Shown here in pieces: positions 48,996 to 64,000 of a stretch of 64,000 bases of DNA; within the stretch, counting starts at the first letter, position 1, and each line of letters opens with the position of its first letter. The notes beneath the pieces were generated by a model. The model did no database searches and was not told the DNA's origin. It saw only the letters and a list, made by a program, of their open reading frames with translations. The position numbers and the translations under genes are program-made. Source of the stretch: Proteromonas lacertae (lineage: Eukaryota); assembly GCA_002245135.1 (NCBI GenBank), contig NGBS01001161.1:1-64000 (forward strand), written 5' to 3'.

Positions 48996-49951
48996 TTAAA
49001 TATAGGCTCGACTTTTGGTTTGATAGAATTAAAATTGTTGAATATTGCAAGAGCTAATGTTTTATCACTACAAAAATTATTGCACTATTGTCTATTTGCT
49101 AATATAAAGCATAACAAATGAAATTTTAACATACGCACACACTATTTTGAATAGTCAAAATGTGTTGAAATGGTATGTTTATATTGTATTTATAATTACC
49201 ATGGTTAATTAACATAGATATGATGAAATTCCTTAAAATTGTAAGCTATTTCATAAAAGAAGTGATTATTCCGAGTGTGTTACTTCATATTTTCAACAAT
49301 TTCTCCTTCTATTCGTATTATGTAAGTAATATTATGGTTATTAAATATCTAATACTTTGTTAAACCATCAAAAGCACAGATTAAATAACTGTAAACTAGG
49401 CTTTTGATAAAATATTCCGATAACTATCTAATAAATATGTTTGCTTATACATGCCTGCAGTTTTCATATTCTATAGCGAAAGATTTACTCATTAAATGTA
49501 AAATGGTATTTACGCTATTTATAGCCTCATATACATGTAAGTAACTATTTACTAACCATTCCACAAATGTGACACACAATTTTACACAATTTCTACGAAA
49601 ATGTGTAAAAAATGTGTAAGTTCTTGTGGCCATAAGGAAATAGCACAATATCAATTTATTTGTAGATCTATAAGCAGCTCCATAAGCAAAATATCAGCAA
49701 AACAAAAAATAAAAGGGTACGAAAATTTAACGAAACAACCAATCAAAATCATCATCTTGATTCTTTATTTAAAGACTCAATATTTCAAATCTAGCAATCG
49801 TATAAATCATATAAATTATTCTGCTATTTTTATCTTGATATCTAAGTAATGTCACTAAAGATTGGTGATAAAAACTTAGTCTACCGTTTCTAAATGCCAA
49901 TTATTATTCTAAACCTTATATTTATACTCTCAATAGAATATAAAAATATAA

Positions 49952-50781
49952 ATGGGTGCTTTTTTGGATAAACCAATCACAGAGAAAGATATAATAAAAG
50001 TTCCAGACTCAAACGGAATGAGAGCTTGTGCCGCTGCGATGCAAGGCTGGAGAGTGGAAATGGAAGTATGAATATTAATATATTATTACTGTAGGATGCT
50101 CACATAATAAACACATCAATAGCCGGAAATGATAAGTCTGGCATTTTTGGTGTTTATGATGGTCATGGTGGACAATTTGTATCAAGATACGCGTATTAAT
50201 ACATTCATATTTATTATATTTATATAGTTCTCAACATCTATTAGAAGTACTTCAAAGACAACCAGAATATGAAGCTGGAAAACAAGATATAAATAAATTA
50301 GGAGAAGCAATAAAAAAAGCTTATTTGGATATTGATGAAGATTTAAAGAAACAAGAAGTGATAATAAATGGTGAAGATCATAGTGGTTGTACAGCTGTAA
50401 CTTGTATTGTAACTCCAAAATCAATTTTATGTGCCAATGCTGGTGATTCACGTTCAGTTCTCTATTCAGGAGATGAAGTAGTTGAAATGTCACATGATCA
50501 CAAACCATATAACGATGGTGAAAGATTAAGAATAATTGATGCTGGAGGTGTTGTAGCAATGAGAAGAGTAAATGGTGATTTAGCTGTATCTAGAGCATTA
50601 GGTGATTTCAGTTATAAACAAAAGCATGATTTACCTGCTGAGAAACAACAAGTTACATGTTATCCTGATACTTATGTACATGAACGAAGGGACACTGATA
50701 AATTTTTAATTTTAGCATGTGATGGTATTTGGGATGTTATGAGTAATGAAGAAATATGTAGATATGTTTCAGATGAATTAG

Positions 50782-50818
<37 letters not shown>

Positions 50819-51192
50819 GATGATTAATATTATAAATGCGTGTCATTTGAATAACACTTATAATGATATAAAGAATAATATTAAAACTAATATATACATC
50901 TGATTATAATAATCTATCTATATATATATATTGTAATTCTATAGGAATGTGAAGAAAAAATTGAAGATGTTGTCACTAATGTTTTAGATCATTGCTTAGA
51001 AAAGGGATCAAGAGATAATATGAGTGTAATATTAGTATTATTTGATGCAGCACCAAAGTATTAAACCCATTTTTCTAATTTTTGTTTAGACCTATTCCAG
51101 AACGTGTAGCAAAGAGAAAGGAAGAGAAAGAACAAAAAGCTAGAGAATTAGAAGAACAACGTTGTAAGGAAGCTTCAGGAAATACACAATAA
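49952..51192 (+). CDS. Protein phosphatase 2C (PPM1A/B-like)
   Basis: MGAFLDKP, MQGWRVEME, YDGHGG, ANAGDSR, LAVSRALGD, ACDGIWD, GSRDNMS. Confidence 0.95.
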
Positions 51193-51486
51193 AAATACAT
51201 CATAGAATAAAAATGTTTTATTTTGGATATCTATCAATATACAGTAATAGTATTATGTTTGTTGGGTTTATAATTTGTTTAAAACAGTTCATTTCAGTTT
51301 AATTCTATAAAGAATATTATTTCTTGACAAATACATATATGAACCTAATAATTTGTGTTTATGATATTTATCAAGTCTATTAACATATAAATCGTTGTAA
51401 ATTCTAAATTGAATTAGGTCAAGCCTCAAGCCTTAAAGAACCAATAGTATTTTGCATTTCTCAAGGTTGGTAATAAAAGACTAAAT

Positions 51487-51909
51487 ATGGTATTATATAA
51501 GCTTCTATAATGATTTATTTTCATATACTTTATATGTTCATCATTTTTATTATTCATTAGGGCAAAAGAACAAAGAAGGTCGGCATTTGCGGTAAATATG
51601 GTACTCGTTATGGTGCTTCACTCCGTAAAGTTATTAAGAAAATTGAAATCAGTCAACATGCTAGGTATTCGCTTTTTGGTTATTATTCTGTATAGATATG
51701 CCTGTCCATTCTGTGGTAAGGACTCAGTAAAGAGATCAGCTGTTGGTATTTGGAAATGTGATAGATGTTACAAAACTATTGCTGGTGGTGCTTGGACTTT
51801 ATCGTATTTTTAAACGTTTTTATCTTTGTATAGTACACCAGCTGCTTTCACAATCCGTAGCTCAATTCAACGTTTACGTAGAACTGTTAAGGGTGAAAAA
51901 TCCGATTAA
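51487..51909 (+). CDS. RPL37A: 60S ribosomal protein L37a (eL43)
   Basis: [48 protein letters not shown]-only first exon and short introns. Confidence 0.95.
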
Positions 51910-52095
51910 ACTAAATCACTACACCAATCTGAGTAATCAATTACTGTTTTTCTTTTTGGCTTTTATTTTATTCCCACTGAAATTAGTAATAATGATATAA
52001 ACGAGTTAAAAATTAACACAATTGATAAAATACATTTCATTAAGTTCAAACCATCAACTCAAACTATCTGATTTTTTCTTTCTTCTTTTCTCATT

Positions 52096-53844
52096 ATGGC
52101 TTTGAGATTTGCAAGATTGACATCAAAAATTCCAAAGTTCATGCTAAGAAGAACTGTATGTTCAGTCAAGAGACCTATTTTACCAATAAGTATTGCTTCT
52201 ATTTTGAATTAATAGTGACATCTGCTATTAATAATATACCTCATATATACAAGCCAATGTCAATCAATTTTTCAACATTGCAATCTGCAGCTGATGTTAA
52301 TGAAGGCAAAACAGAATTAACTCTCAAATATACACCAGTATTTCGTATATTATACTATATGATATAGGAAATGAAGGAATCAAAAGGTCCATTAGGTAGA
52401 TATCTTCGTTTATGTGAAGAAGGTGAATTATATGAAGATGAATACCAATTTGAAGCTTTAAAAATACTTGAAGGGATATATAAAGACATTGAGGAATATC
52501 ATAGACTTCATCAAAGAAACAGAAAAGTAGAAGATTCTTCATCTAGTGAAACAACTAATTCAACAGGATCTGATGATTCTGTTACTGGCTGGCTTGCATC
52601 ATTTTTCTCATTTCCACCAGAAGGATCGGAAGAACACTTGCTTACTGTAGATTTAGAACGTTTGCCAAAAGGAGTGTATATATATGGCAGTCCAGGTTGT
52701 GGTAAAAGTTTTTTAATGGATATGCTATATGACTGTATCAGTGATAAAATCCCAAAGAAAAGAGTGCATTTTAATTCATTCATGTTAGACATTCATAAAA
52801 GATTACACTTGTTTAGACTGAATAATGGTATATAATAATAATTATAATATTTAATATTTAATAGAGAAGCATGCTGATCCAATTCCACATATTGCCAAAG
52901 AAATAAGTTCAGAAGCAAAAATCTTATGTTTTGATGAATTTCAAGTAACAGATGTATCAGATGCAATGATATTGAAGTATTTATTCACAGAAATGTTCAA
53001 CAATGAAATAACAGTAGTTGCAACTAGTAATAGAGCACCTGAAGAGTTATATAAAGATGGAGTACAACGTGATAGATTTCTACCATTTATTGATTTATTA
53101 AATCAACAATGTCCAAGTTTGATGATAGATTCAGGTATTGATTATAGATTTGGAGGAGTTAAAGGTGCTAAAACGTATTTTACACCAAATAATAAAGAAA
53201 ATGATGAAAAATTGAGTATTATATTTATTTATTTATATTTATTTATGATAGTGCAATTATTTAAGAATTTAGCAGGTAAGAAATGGCCACCTCATCCTGT
53301 TGATATTGAAGTAATGATGGGAAGAACATTACATATACCACAATGTACTAAGTATATATTATTATTATTATTATTAATAGAGGTATTGCTTGTATGGATT
53401 TCAACAGTTTATGTGATTCAGCAGTTGGTGCTGCAGATTATATTGCCTTAGCACAGAAGTATATATATATATATTAAATATTATTAACTGTGATGTATTA
53501 GATTTCATACATTAATATTGAAAGATATTCCTCATATGAATTTAGAGTCTAGACCTCAATTAAGAAGATTTATTACATTAATAGATGAATTGTATCAGAA
53601 TAATGTAAAATTAATATGTAGTGCAGAAGTTTCATGTGATAAATTAGTATATTGATAATTGTTTTTTATATTTTGATTATAGTTTAGTGATGAACATGAA
53701 TCTGTGTATGATGAAGTGTTTGCTTTTGATAGATGTGCTTCAAGATTGAATGAAATGCAAACTGTAAAGTATTTGCAGAGATTACATGAAATACAAAAAC
53801 CTAAATTGAAGAAAGGAACAAAGAAAGAGAAAAAGACAAATTAA
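52096..53844 (+). CDS. AFG1: AFG1/LACE1 (ZapE-family) mitochondrial ATPase
   Basis: GVYIYGSPGCGKSFLMD, RVHFNSFM, CFDEFQVTDVSDAMIL, TSNRAPEELY, RRFITLIDELY. Confidence 0.92.
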
Positions 53845-53922
53845 ATAATAATAAATTATTAGTTATGTTTTTTTTAATAAGGATATAAACTATTTATGTT
53901 TATTATTTCATTCACCAAATAC

Positions 53923-56328
53923 CTGGGGTCGGCAGGACGGGGACAGGACGAGGGATAGGGACGGGACACGTCCCGGGACAAAACCCTATCGGGACGTCCA
54001 TTTCCTCACGCTCAACTACCAATATGAGATATTATTCTATAGAATCTTAAATTTTTTTTTAATTTTTGTAAAAAATAAATTAATAATAAAAAAGAAATAT
54101 AATTAATAAGTTGGGCTTTGTGGTGGTCTCATCATAATCACTTTCTTCATCTTCATCATCATCTTCATCATAATCGTCATGGTCATAACTATCTTCATTT
54201 GTAGTTATTCTGTCATTCAGTTGTTTCATTTTTATTCTCATCATATTATTAATTAAACTAATATTGAGTTTGTTCCTTGTTTTATTATGAATAAATGACT
54301 CAATACTAAACGTTCTTTCAATATATGCAGAACTTGTAGGGATTATGTTTAGATAATCAAATATTCTTTTCAAGTTGGGAAAATAACATCCGTAGCTATT
54401 GTACCATATCTTCGGATTCATTTCCTTCGAATTATCAAAAATATCAGCTGGAGACCTTCCATATCTCATTCTATTTTCAAAATAATATAACTCTTCTGTA
54501 AGCTTTTTATCACAAATATGAGAAAATCTATTTAAAATGTATCTTTTTTTACTATTAACAATTCTTTCATTAAATTATTTGGAACTACTCACGTCTAAAT
54601 ACTCACTTAATAATCAATATGCTATAATTGATTAGTTTCTTCTCTTTTTGATATATTACACTTATTTTTTCTTTTTCTGTGCTACTCATTCTACATAGAT
54701 CCTTTTTAGCTTTAGAGAGTACTTTATATGCAAATGAAAGAGTAGAATTGTCTCTACTCAAATATTGAACTTTTTGGTATATATATTCTGTAATATTATA
54801 TAATTCTTTAATTATAGGTATTTCATTCTTATCTAATAAGTTAATTCTTACAAGTATCTCTTGATTATCTAACACACCTTTAAAAAGCTGGAAGTAACTA
54901 CTCCAGCGAGTAGTAACTCCCTTTCTTATTTGTATATACTTTTTCAATTTATTGAATATTATTGTTCTAATCGTAACTGACGTATTTAGCTTATGAGCTA
55001 TTGTATTACATTTATCTAAAATAGGTTTATATTTATTAAGCTCCAAAACTTTCTTGCAAACTAAATTAAGTGTGTGACTAATACAGCCACAAATAATCAC
55101 AGGAGTATTGTTTATACTCTGGATTATCTTGCCTACACGCTTCATGGTGTAGTTGTTGTCGCTGCTAACTGCCACAATTTTATCAAGAGTAATACCATAT
55201 TTTAATAACGTAGTCTCTATTAGTTTGACTATATTTTTGGCTGTTTCATTCTCATCAATAAATACTGATTCGAGAAAGTAAATATTAATTTGTTTCACAG
55301 CAATATTTATGATGGATCTATTATTTGTATTAGTCCATCCATCTATTATAATACACATTTTTTCATTGGGTTTAATGCATTCTTTTACTATCTTCTCACC
55401 TTCTTCTTTAATTATATCTTTAACAGACTTGATTGAACCAAGTTTAATGGAAGGGTTGATAGATTTGATTAAGTTTTTAAATGTTTTTGATTCAATCAAC
55501 TTAAAACTACATGAATTCTCTATAATAAAATCAGCTAAATAACCGTTAATCTTTCTCTGATTGTATTTTGTTAGATCCAGTTTTTCTTGAACAATTTTAC
55601 TTTTTTTGCAGCTAATAAATTATAATCTATATATATTATACTTTTTCACATGTCTTTTTAAGCAAGTGGCATGACATACAACCATTTCTTTACATGTTTT
55701 ACATTCAATTCTTTTCGACTTTTCAGTAGGTTTGGTTATGCTTACGTTTGTATTGAAGTAGTTATATACTTGATTATAAGGTCTTTTTACTGCAGACATT
55801 ATAAAATGCAGCTTGAAAAATTCAAGTTTTTTTATAATTTTATCTTATTCTCTATAAACAGTCAATACGATTTGATATTTTATATTAAAATTTATTTTAT
55901 TAACATAACCCATGCAAATTAAAAAATATTTAAAAAATAGATAATTTATAATTAGCTATAATTAATGTATGTTATATTTGATGTATAATTATATATAATA
56001 ACTAATTACTATTAATTAATGCATTTAAATCATATTCAGAGGTTATTCAGACCATATTATTTTGATCATTAGAAAACATATGATTATTGCATCATATAAT
56101 TATATATATGTCCTTATTAACTATATTTCAGACTATTTATGCCATAATTATGAAAAATGAAACCAAAAAATATCGGGACAGAGAAAATATGCTCTACCGC
56201 TTACTCCTTACGGATTATACTGTCCTTGGACAAAATGGACAGGTTCGATTTCCGTACAGAGGAAGCGAGAGTGGAACGGGACAGGGGACGGGACAAAAGC
56301 AAAAAGGACGTCCCTCTGCCGACCCCAG
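53923..56328 (-). mobile_element. hAT DNA transposon, 2406 bp
   Basis: 13-bp TIR CTGGGGTCGGCAG, perfect 8-bp TSD CCAAATAC (53915-53922, 56329-56336), subterminal GGGAC/GGACG repeats. Confidence 0.95.
54080..55799 (-). pseudogene. hAT transposase with frameshift and stop near 54570-54610
   Basis: BED finger (CKTC..LKRH), IDGWT, SSDNN, CISHTLNL, TRWSS, PTSSAYIERTFS; frame broken between ORFs 54603..55499 and 54080..54469. Confidence 0.85.
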
Positions 56329-56372
56329 CCAAATACACAAATTAGAAAACAAAAAATAAAACAATCAAAAGA

Positions 56373-59300
56373 TTATCTTCGTTTTAATAATTGATTGGAA
56401 TAGAATGCCATTTAACTCTTTTCGCTGTTGATATTGAAGAAGCACTAGTCTCAGAAGTAACTCTAAACTCTTTCTCTAACTTTTCAATATAAGGACCAAA
56501 TGGAAAATCAACTGATTTCATTTCACTTCTGAAAATATGAACAATTTGTTCAATTCCTTGTCTTAAATGTTGAATATAGGCAGGATTTTCAATATCAACT
56601 TCTATAATAATAAAAAATAATATATACTTTTAAGAATAATGTGTTTATCTATCATAAAATCAATTAATACCAACAAATCAAAACAATTTCTCAATATCAT
56701 TATATCTTTTACTTTTTCAGAATCATATTTTGATTTGAGTGATTGAATACCAAATATCAAATGACCAAGTGATGGAGTACCATCCCAATCTTCATTATTA
56801 GATAACAATCGGATGATATAGAAAGAATTGTTTTCATACTCACAATTTGATATGACTAATGTGTGAGTAAAGTGTGATAATTCCATTAAAGTAGATATAG
56901 ATTTCTTATCATTATTCTACAATAAAATAAATATCAAATATACTTTACTACTTGCATCAATATAACTCAAGTATAAAATATCTCTTGATAGTGTATAAAA
57001 ATAAGGTGAAAGTATATTCCATATTGGCATGTAATGACTATCAAACAGTGTAGGTAATGCATGAATCTATATGTAATAGCAATATATATATATATTCATA
57101 CAGTTAATAATATCTGCTCTAACAATTCTATTGGTTCATTTATCATTCTGTTGTATAACAAACTTCTACTTTGATATTGGAATAATGATATGAATATATT
57201 ACTATTAAAAAAATGAATAAAGGAATAGAATGATATATATATATATACATTTGTGATTGAATAAACAACAGTATTTTATATTTCACTTCTTCACTTGCTT
57301 GATTCATCAGATAATTCGAAGCCAAATGCAAACAAATACAAAATGTAGAACGATCAATTAGTCCATTTCTATAATATGATATATATAAACATATAATTTA
57401 TACTCATTTTCAATATTTAATAAATTCCAATCAATGATAGATAATGACGAAAATATATTGTTATTTGAGAATAATATTTCTCTACCAACATCACCTCTCG
57501 AATAAGCAAGAAATAATAACAAATATGAATTGAATATTGGTGATTTAATATCTATTGGATTTGAGAATATCTTACTTAGAAATGATGTTGATATTGTGTG
57601 ATAAATGGTAGGTGATAATATCGAAACTATTTTAATAAAAAACTATAAAAATCTATACTTTCTGGAACTTCTAATATCTTTGAAATTGTATGAATTAATA
57701 ACATGTATAATTGATTTAACAAGTCATTCTCTTTTGTTTCATTCTTTTTCATCATCAAGTCTTGAATTATTGGTATTAAAATACATGAATTTTTCACAAT
57801 ACATTCATAAGCTGCCTTTATATTTTGTAGATCATCTCTCTTCTCTTGTATTTGACTATTGAAATGAGTTAATAATAGCAATAAAGAAGTGTAATATTTC
57901 TGATATAATTCCAAAATATTTCCATTATCTGTTGTTGTATTTACTATTTATACATAAACACTATGAAATATACTAAACAACTCAATATTCATGGCATAAA
58001 TATTAATTGAGTCTTTTAACATTGATATTGATAATCTATCTTCATTTCTATCGTTAATAATACTCATTGATGGATCTTTTGTCTTTGTAACAACAATCTT
58101 TATTTGATGATATAACATATTATAATATAATTCATATAAATTAATATAATATTGAATATAATAAGATGATATTCTTTCTATATGATGTAATTCAGTGTTT
58201 AATGCTTTAATAACGAAATAAGAGGTTTTATCACCATAAAACTTAGATTCTGGCTGTAATGGTCCTAAAGCTGGAGATTTCCACTATATATAAAATAATA
58301 ATAATATTTAATATTTAATATATATATATTATACAATTTCAGTTTGTTTTTGTGAATGTGGCATAACACATCTCAATTCTATTATAGTTTTCCATGCAGT
58401 TATTAGCATATTCTGAGTATCAATAAGAGAATAATAACAATTTAACATCTCTAAATTACTACAACAAAATGACATTCTACAATAATCAGTATTATATATA
58501 TATTCACAACCATAATCAGGGAAATAAGAGAGTAAATAGTTAAATGGATTTCTTAACATTTGAATGTTGTAATCATTACAACTCTCTTCTATTGATAAGA
58601 ATGATGCAGGTATATTAGTTATTTTAAAGAAATAATCCAACCAAGTATCAAAATTAGCATTTGATACTTTAGAAAACACATCATTAAAAGCATTAGATGA
58701 TGGTAATATTTTATTCTCAACCATATATATTTCTTGGGAAATAATGTTCAATAATACAGATAATATAGCAATTTGAAATGATTTTACTGTCATTATTTCT
58801 TCAGTAGAGATTCGATCTTCAGATTGTAATTCTGACAGCATATTATCATTATCTTCAGACAATTGGCTAATGAGTGTTGTATCTGCATATTCTTTCACTT
58901 TTGTTAATGAGATTAGCAAATGATTCCAAAATGATGGTTCATCTCTTAATACTGATATTAAATTTATACCTGTTGATTTATCATATAATGTGTTGATAAA
59001 TAATAAGAATTGATAATACAAAGGTGACATAAAATCAATCAAATCATATTTGGATAACAATCCTAAGACTAATGATGGAAATTGATCTAAAAATAAATAT
59101 ATTGATTTAATTATATATATATACCTTCAACTGGTACTTTTGTTACAACTGTTTCTGATGTTTTATTGATTGGTACAGTTAATTGATTTATTATATAACC
59201 TGATAGCCCTGGTTGTGTTTCAAATATTACTCTTAACAAAGTAACAACACCTGTAGTAAGAATAATATCATACTCTTTTAAATTACTTATTATTATGTCA

Positions 59301-62300
59301 ATAAAACCATTCAAATTATCATTCAATATTCCAATTAGACTGAATTTCATTGCTTTATCTGCTAGTGTGTTGGATAATAAACATAATATTGTGATTATTT
59401 TACATGATAATGAAGCAATTAATGAATTATTATATTCAAATTGTGACAAGAAACAAATGATTGGATTGTATCTTGCTGAGGTTGAAACTATATACATAAA
59501 ATAAAATAGAGAATATATATATATATACATCTTGAATATGTTGTTAATTGGAATCTATCAGAAAGTGTAATACAAAACATATTCATCTTAGCTTCTGAAT
59601 TGTAATATAGCTTATTCTCACATTCTTTATTACCACTTGTAGCTATATTGTATATCAATTTTAATGCTTCAATTGTTGCATATTCTATGTAGTTTACTTC
59701 TGTTCTTGATATATCATTTGTTCCTACAATTCCTCTATCAAATGAAGTTGGTATGACTTGATTAGAATTGGAAGCTATGAATATGATAAAATATATAATA
59801 AAAAATACATGGGATGAATGAAGATAATGAAATATCAGTTGCTGATGAGAGAATCAGTGTCTGCAAATTTATATCATTCAATATTGCATCTAAACATTTA
59901 CATTCTTTTACATTTGGATTAATTTGTTCAAATTCAATTAATTTTCTCATTAAATATACACAACCATGAGCTACTTTATAATAATCAAATCTGGTGATGA
60001 AATTCCAATGAAACATTGAAGAATATATCTACAAACAGAATAAATAATAATAATAATAATAATATATATATATATATATATATACTTTACTAATAATATC
60101 AAATAGATGAAGTGTTGTAGTGTTTAACAAATCGTTATGTCTTTGGATATAATTGTTTGATTGATTAATAAAATGTTTCAATTCATTCGTATCAAAGGTA
60201 GTTGAGTTTAATAAAACATCTTTTTGACTATTAATATAATTAATAATCATCATAATGGATGGTTCACTGGAGGATAATGGTGATGTTGATAGTATATATT
60301 TCAATACATCTTGTGATATGTTTATGTTGTAATAGGATAATAAATCAGTAAAGCTTTCATTTATTTCTATCAATGGTTTTGGATAGGTGTTTACTAATAA
60401 ATACTAATGAATAATATATATATATCATATATATATATATACTTGCATATTGTTTATTATAGTATCATATATTTCAAATAGGATATGAGTGTTGATATAT
60501 TCACCTTTCATTGTGTCGTATATCATACACTGTGAGAATATATCGAATATTTTATTTCTATTAATTATAATATGGATATATATACTTATGTTGTGGACTT
60601 ATAAGATAGTTCATTATTGTTTGTGGAGTTAATGGAATTAAACAATTGATTATTTTCAAACAAAACTTCATAATTGAACTATAACAATAAAAACATTATA
60701 ATATATATACATATTATTCTCTTCATTCATTTCTTCAGTTTCATCATTATTACTATTACATTTGCTAATATTAGAATATGTAATTGACAGTATATTCAAT
60801 AAACTTTCTAATAATAAGATAATATGTTGATCATATATTTCATATCTACTCTTTGTATCAGGATAAACTTCTTCAATACATTTATTAAATAACTCTGGAT
60901 TTAGTTGAATATATGAATACAAAAACATCAGCATATTATTAATCATTTCTTTATTATCTTCAATAATTATATTACTAGTTCTATATTCCATTATTGTGGT
61001 AAATATATCATGAAATATGTAATAATTGGATTCTACTTCCCATCTTATATAATCAGTACCATTGGATATTATTTCACCTTTTGTACCACTTGGAATAATA
61101 TATTTGTGATAATGAATTGATGTATGTAATTTAACTCTATTTGCTTCAGTACTAGTGATCTATATATTAATATAAACGATAAATATATAATTAATTTTCT
61201 ATACATATTCATCAACTAAATCTACTGGAGTAACAATCAAATTTAATGATTTCAAATAATCAGTTACAGTGGCAATAGATCCAAATGATAATACACTATA
61301 TAATAATCTGAATATATATTTCTTATTGACGAAATAATTCTGAAATAGTGGTTGTATAACGTTATTGAATAAATAATTAATATTTAAATCTTCCCAGAAT
61401 TCTTCCAATAGATTTTGTTCATCAACAAATATTGTACTTATAAAATCAACAAATAAATCATAACATTCTAAGACAATTGATTGGTCAAATATAATCCATG
61501 CATTTGATAAATCCTAGTAATAATAATAATAATATATACAAATAACAAATGTTTATATAAGCTTATAATTGTATTATTTCTATTGATAATTACATCCTGT
61601 GAATCTCTCTTAAATGTATTTGAATCTATCTTTAGATTCTTCACATATTGTATCATTTCCATTATTGTTGATTGTACAGAATAATCATTATAACATTGTT
61701 CATATAAATTCTTCCACTTTCCATCAATAAATAATGATGAATCTGTTACTACTATTTTACTGGATATTCCTAAGAATAATGACCAATAAAATGTCAATTG
61801 TGGATGGAATGGAAGTGCTTCAATACATAACTATAATTATAGAAAATATGAATATATATATTCTATACATCATTAATAACTTTCAATTGATTTATTACAC
61901 TGCTATTAGGGAAATCCTTAATTAAAACATGTAATTGTTTTGCATCATATCTTTTTTCACTTGATTCAAACTAAATAATAATAAATCAATTATATAATAT
62001 ATATATACATCTTCTTGTGATAATATCAATGGTTTAAAATTAATAACACTTAACAATAATAATGATATTTGATTTATGATCATATTATGTAATAAATCTC
62101 CATTTGGTAATAGATGAATTCTCTTCATATAATAATCACTTAATGAATAATGATATTCATTAAATATCTGTAATATATCAATACATTGCCTTATTGTATA
62201 TCCACTCTTCTCTGTTATTACTGTCAATATTTGTAGTAATAAATATAAACAGTTTAAATCAGTTGATAATGACTTATATAACCATATCTATGTGTATGTT

Positions 62301-62994
62301 TAGATAATAATAAATTATATATATATAAATATTATACTTGATATATTGCAGATATTTCATCTTTTTCTATATTCTTTAATGCATTTGTTTTTTCCAATAT
62401 TTCTTTAGTTATTATAAATTGAGGTTTATATAATTCTTTTATCATTGTAATTATACTTGAAGTAAATTCTTCTGTTATTAATCCTGTGTAAAAGTTAGCT
62501 GTTGGTTCAAATGATGATTTCTCTTCCATATCATACTTTGTTTCGATTCTACATATATAAAGTGTGGAATTGAGTAGATCGGTTTTCTCTTGACATATTA
62601 AGTTGTAAATTTCAAACAGAAAGTCAGGACTCCAGTCAGATTTTGTTAATTCTCGATTTGGTAATATCCAATCCTTTAAATATAATCGAAAATGTTGGTA
62701 ACTCTGATTATGCTCAAGATTACAACAATCTGATATATCCTGAATATAACCACGATAATCTAACTCCAACTTATCTGTTGCACTGCCTGGATAAGGCGAC
62801 AACTTGCCATTTGAGCAACTACTTTTTGAGTCTGGTGTAGGGATGGTGTAATAATGCAACAGCTTTTGAAATCTGTTTTCTATATCACTAGTTTTCAAAA
62901 GTGAATCATATTCTGTGTCTACAATATCATCTTCGATTTTTTGTAATAATTTAAGTATATCTTTATTACCAATATATGTCTGTAGGTTCGGCAT
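56373..62994 (-). CDS. Large intron-rich alpha-solenoid protein, possibly nucleoporin Nup188-like
   Basis: Chain of Leu/Ile-rich helical exons over 6.6 kb; size and C-terminal PSLGHL are suggestive only. Confidence 0.5.
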
Positions 62995-63341
62995 TTTCAA
63001 AATCCCAAATAAGAAGAAATATACTCGTTTCAAAATGAATTTGTTTCAAAAATATATTCGTTTGAGAAATTAAAAACAAACGATATGTTTATTTTTTGTT
63101 GTATTACCAACAAAACAATTCATAAGATAGTTTAAAAAATTAGCTAAACCTCAAAAAATGGAAGTAATTTTGTGGTTAATTCTTTAATTTCTTTATTTTG
63201 CATTTTTAAATCCAATATTTTGTATAAAGATCTACATTTATAGATAATTAAATGTATACTGTTTTATTGATCTGAAATATATGATATTGTTTGAGAATAT
63301 TGAAGAATCGAGCGAAATTACTGTTAAAAGTAGTCTCAAAC

Positions 63342-63830
63342 TCAATAATAAAATCTAAAGAAGAATATTAATGTAAAGTACATATTTAATACAATTTCAT
63401 TCTCATCTTTTATTTCATTACATATTATTTTCGTAATATCATTCTTATATTCTTCAGGAATTGATTTATTTCGAATTATTAAATTTAATAAAACCTGAAA
63501 TCCATATATTTTATTAAATCCATCATATTCAAATCTGGAAATAATAAAAGTCCAATAAAATGACGATAAATCTTCTCTATATTTTAAACATGTTAATATT
63601 ATCATATTCATTGTCTTTTCAAATAATGGAGTAGTAATTTCATTTGAAGTTTCACTTATCAATAAGTTGTAATCAAAATCACATATTGAACAATTCATGG
63701 ATGGATTATAAAACTTTATTATTTCATTTATACATTCTTTTATTGGCGTTTTAGTGTTTAAAAGATATAACAACAAATAGATTATGTTGTTGCTTTTATT
63801 TGGTTTTGTAATTACCATTTTCGTTCGCAT
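63342..63830 (-). CDS. Hypothetical helical protein exon (gene probably extends beyond)
   Basis: 162-aa ORF in an AT-rich background. Confidence 0.45.
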   Translation of the reverse strand: MRTKMVITKPNKSNNIIYLLLYLLNTKTPIKECINEIIKFYNPSMNCSICDFDYNLLISETSNEITTPLFEKTMNMIILTCLKYREDLSSFYWTFIISRFEYDGFNKIYGFQVLLNLIIRNKSIPEEYKNDITKIICNEIKDENEIVLNMYFTLIFFFRFYY

Positions 63831-64000
63831 TTATTTCCACTATCCTTTCTTTTTTCTGAATAAAATATTCAATATTAATATCTTTACATATTAAATAACT
63901 AATTGTATCACTTAATCCCATATGCAATAAAATGATTGGATCATTCTGTTCCATTGAAACAGATGGTATATTTAATGAAATAATGAGTGGTGTAAGTATG

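Noticed and set aside
49581..49609. Hairpin TTTACACA..TGTGTAAA and short ORFs in the 49.0-49.9 kb gap
   Set aside because: Short and AT-rich; no TIR/TSD or recognisable protein motif.
56087..56359. Plus-strand ORFs over the hAT right end
   Set aside because: Arise from GC-rich subterminal repeats.

Overview
Very AT-rich eukaryotic DNA with short introns (mostly ~28-75 nt), one AT-AC minor intron and TGTTTGTT 3'-end motifs. This most resembles a Blastocystis/Proteromonas-type gut stramenopile (inference). Bases 1-~18.2 kb are an accessory block: the right part of an endogenous Polinton/Maverick-like virus with a penton-like gene, an adenain-like protease, an Arg-rich GG-site core protein, intron-containing genes and the C-terminal stub of a protein-primed DNA polymerase B. 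That stub is split by a complete 6-kb Ginger-type DDE transposon (TGTTGTT...AACAACA ends, GATGAT duplication, integrase + Ulp1-like domains) carrying a decayed fragment of a host receptor gene. A second, orphan Ginger-like end lies at 18162. From 18.7 kb onward are host genes: B-box protein, LRRC74-like, an 11.6-kb gene with nine tandem UrtA/AmiC-like binding domains fused to a class C GPCR-type 7TM, two paralogous membrane proteins, LRRC23-like, Rmp1/NEPRO-like, RPS2, a gamma-tubulin complex component, SGNH-like, PP2C, RPL37A, AFG1, an hAT transposon and a large nucleoporin-like gene. Single-base insertions in otherwise intact host genes suggest assembly indels, so some pseudogene calls are provisional. 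All homology calls are by eye; no searches were run.
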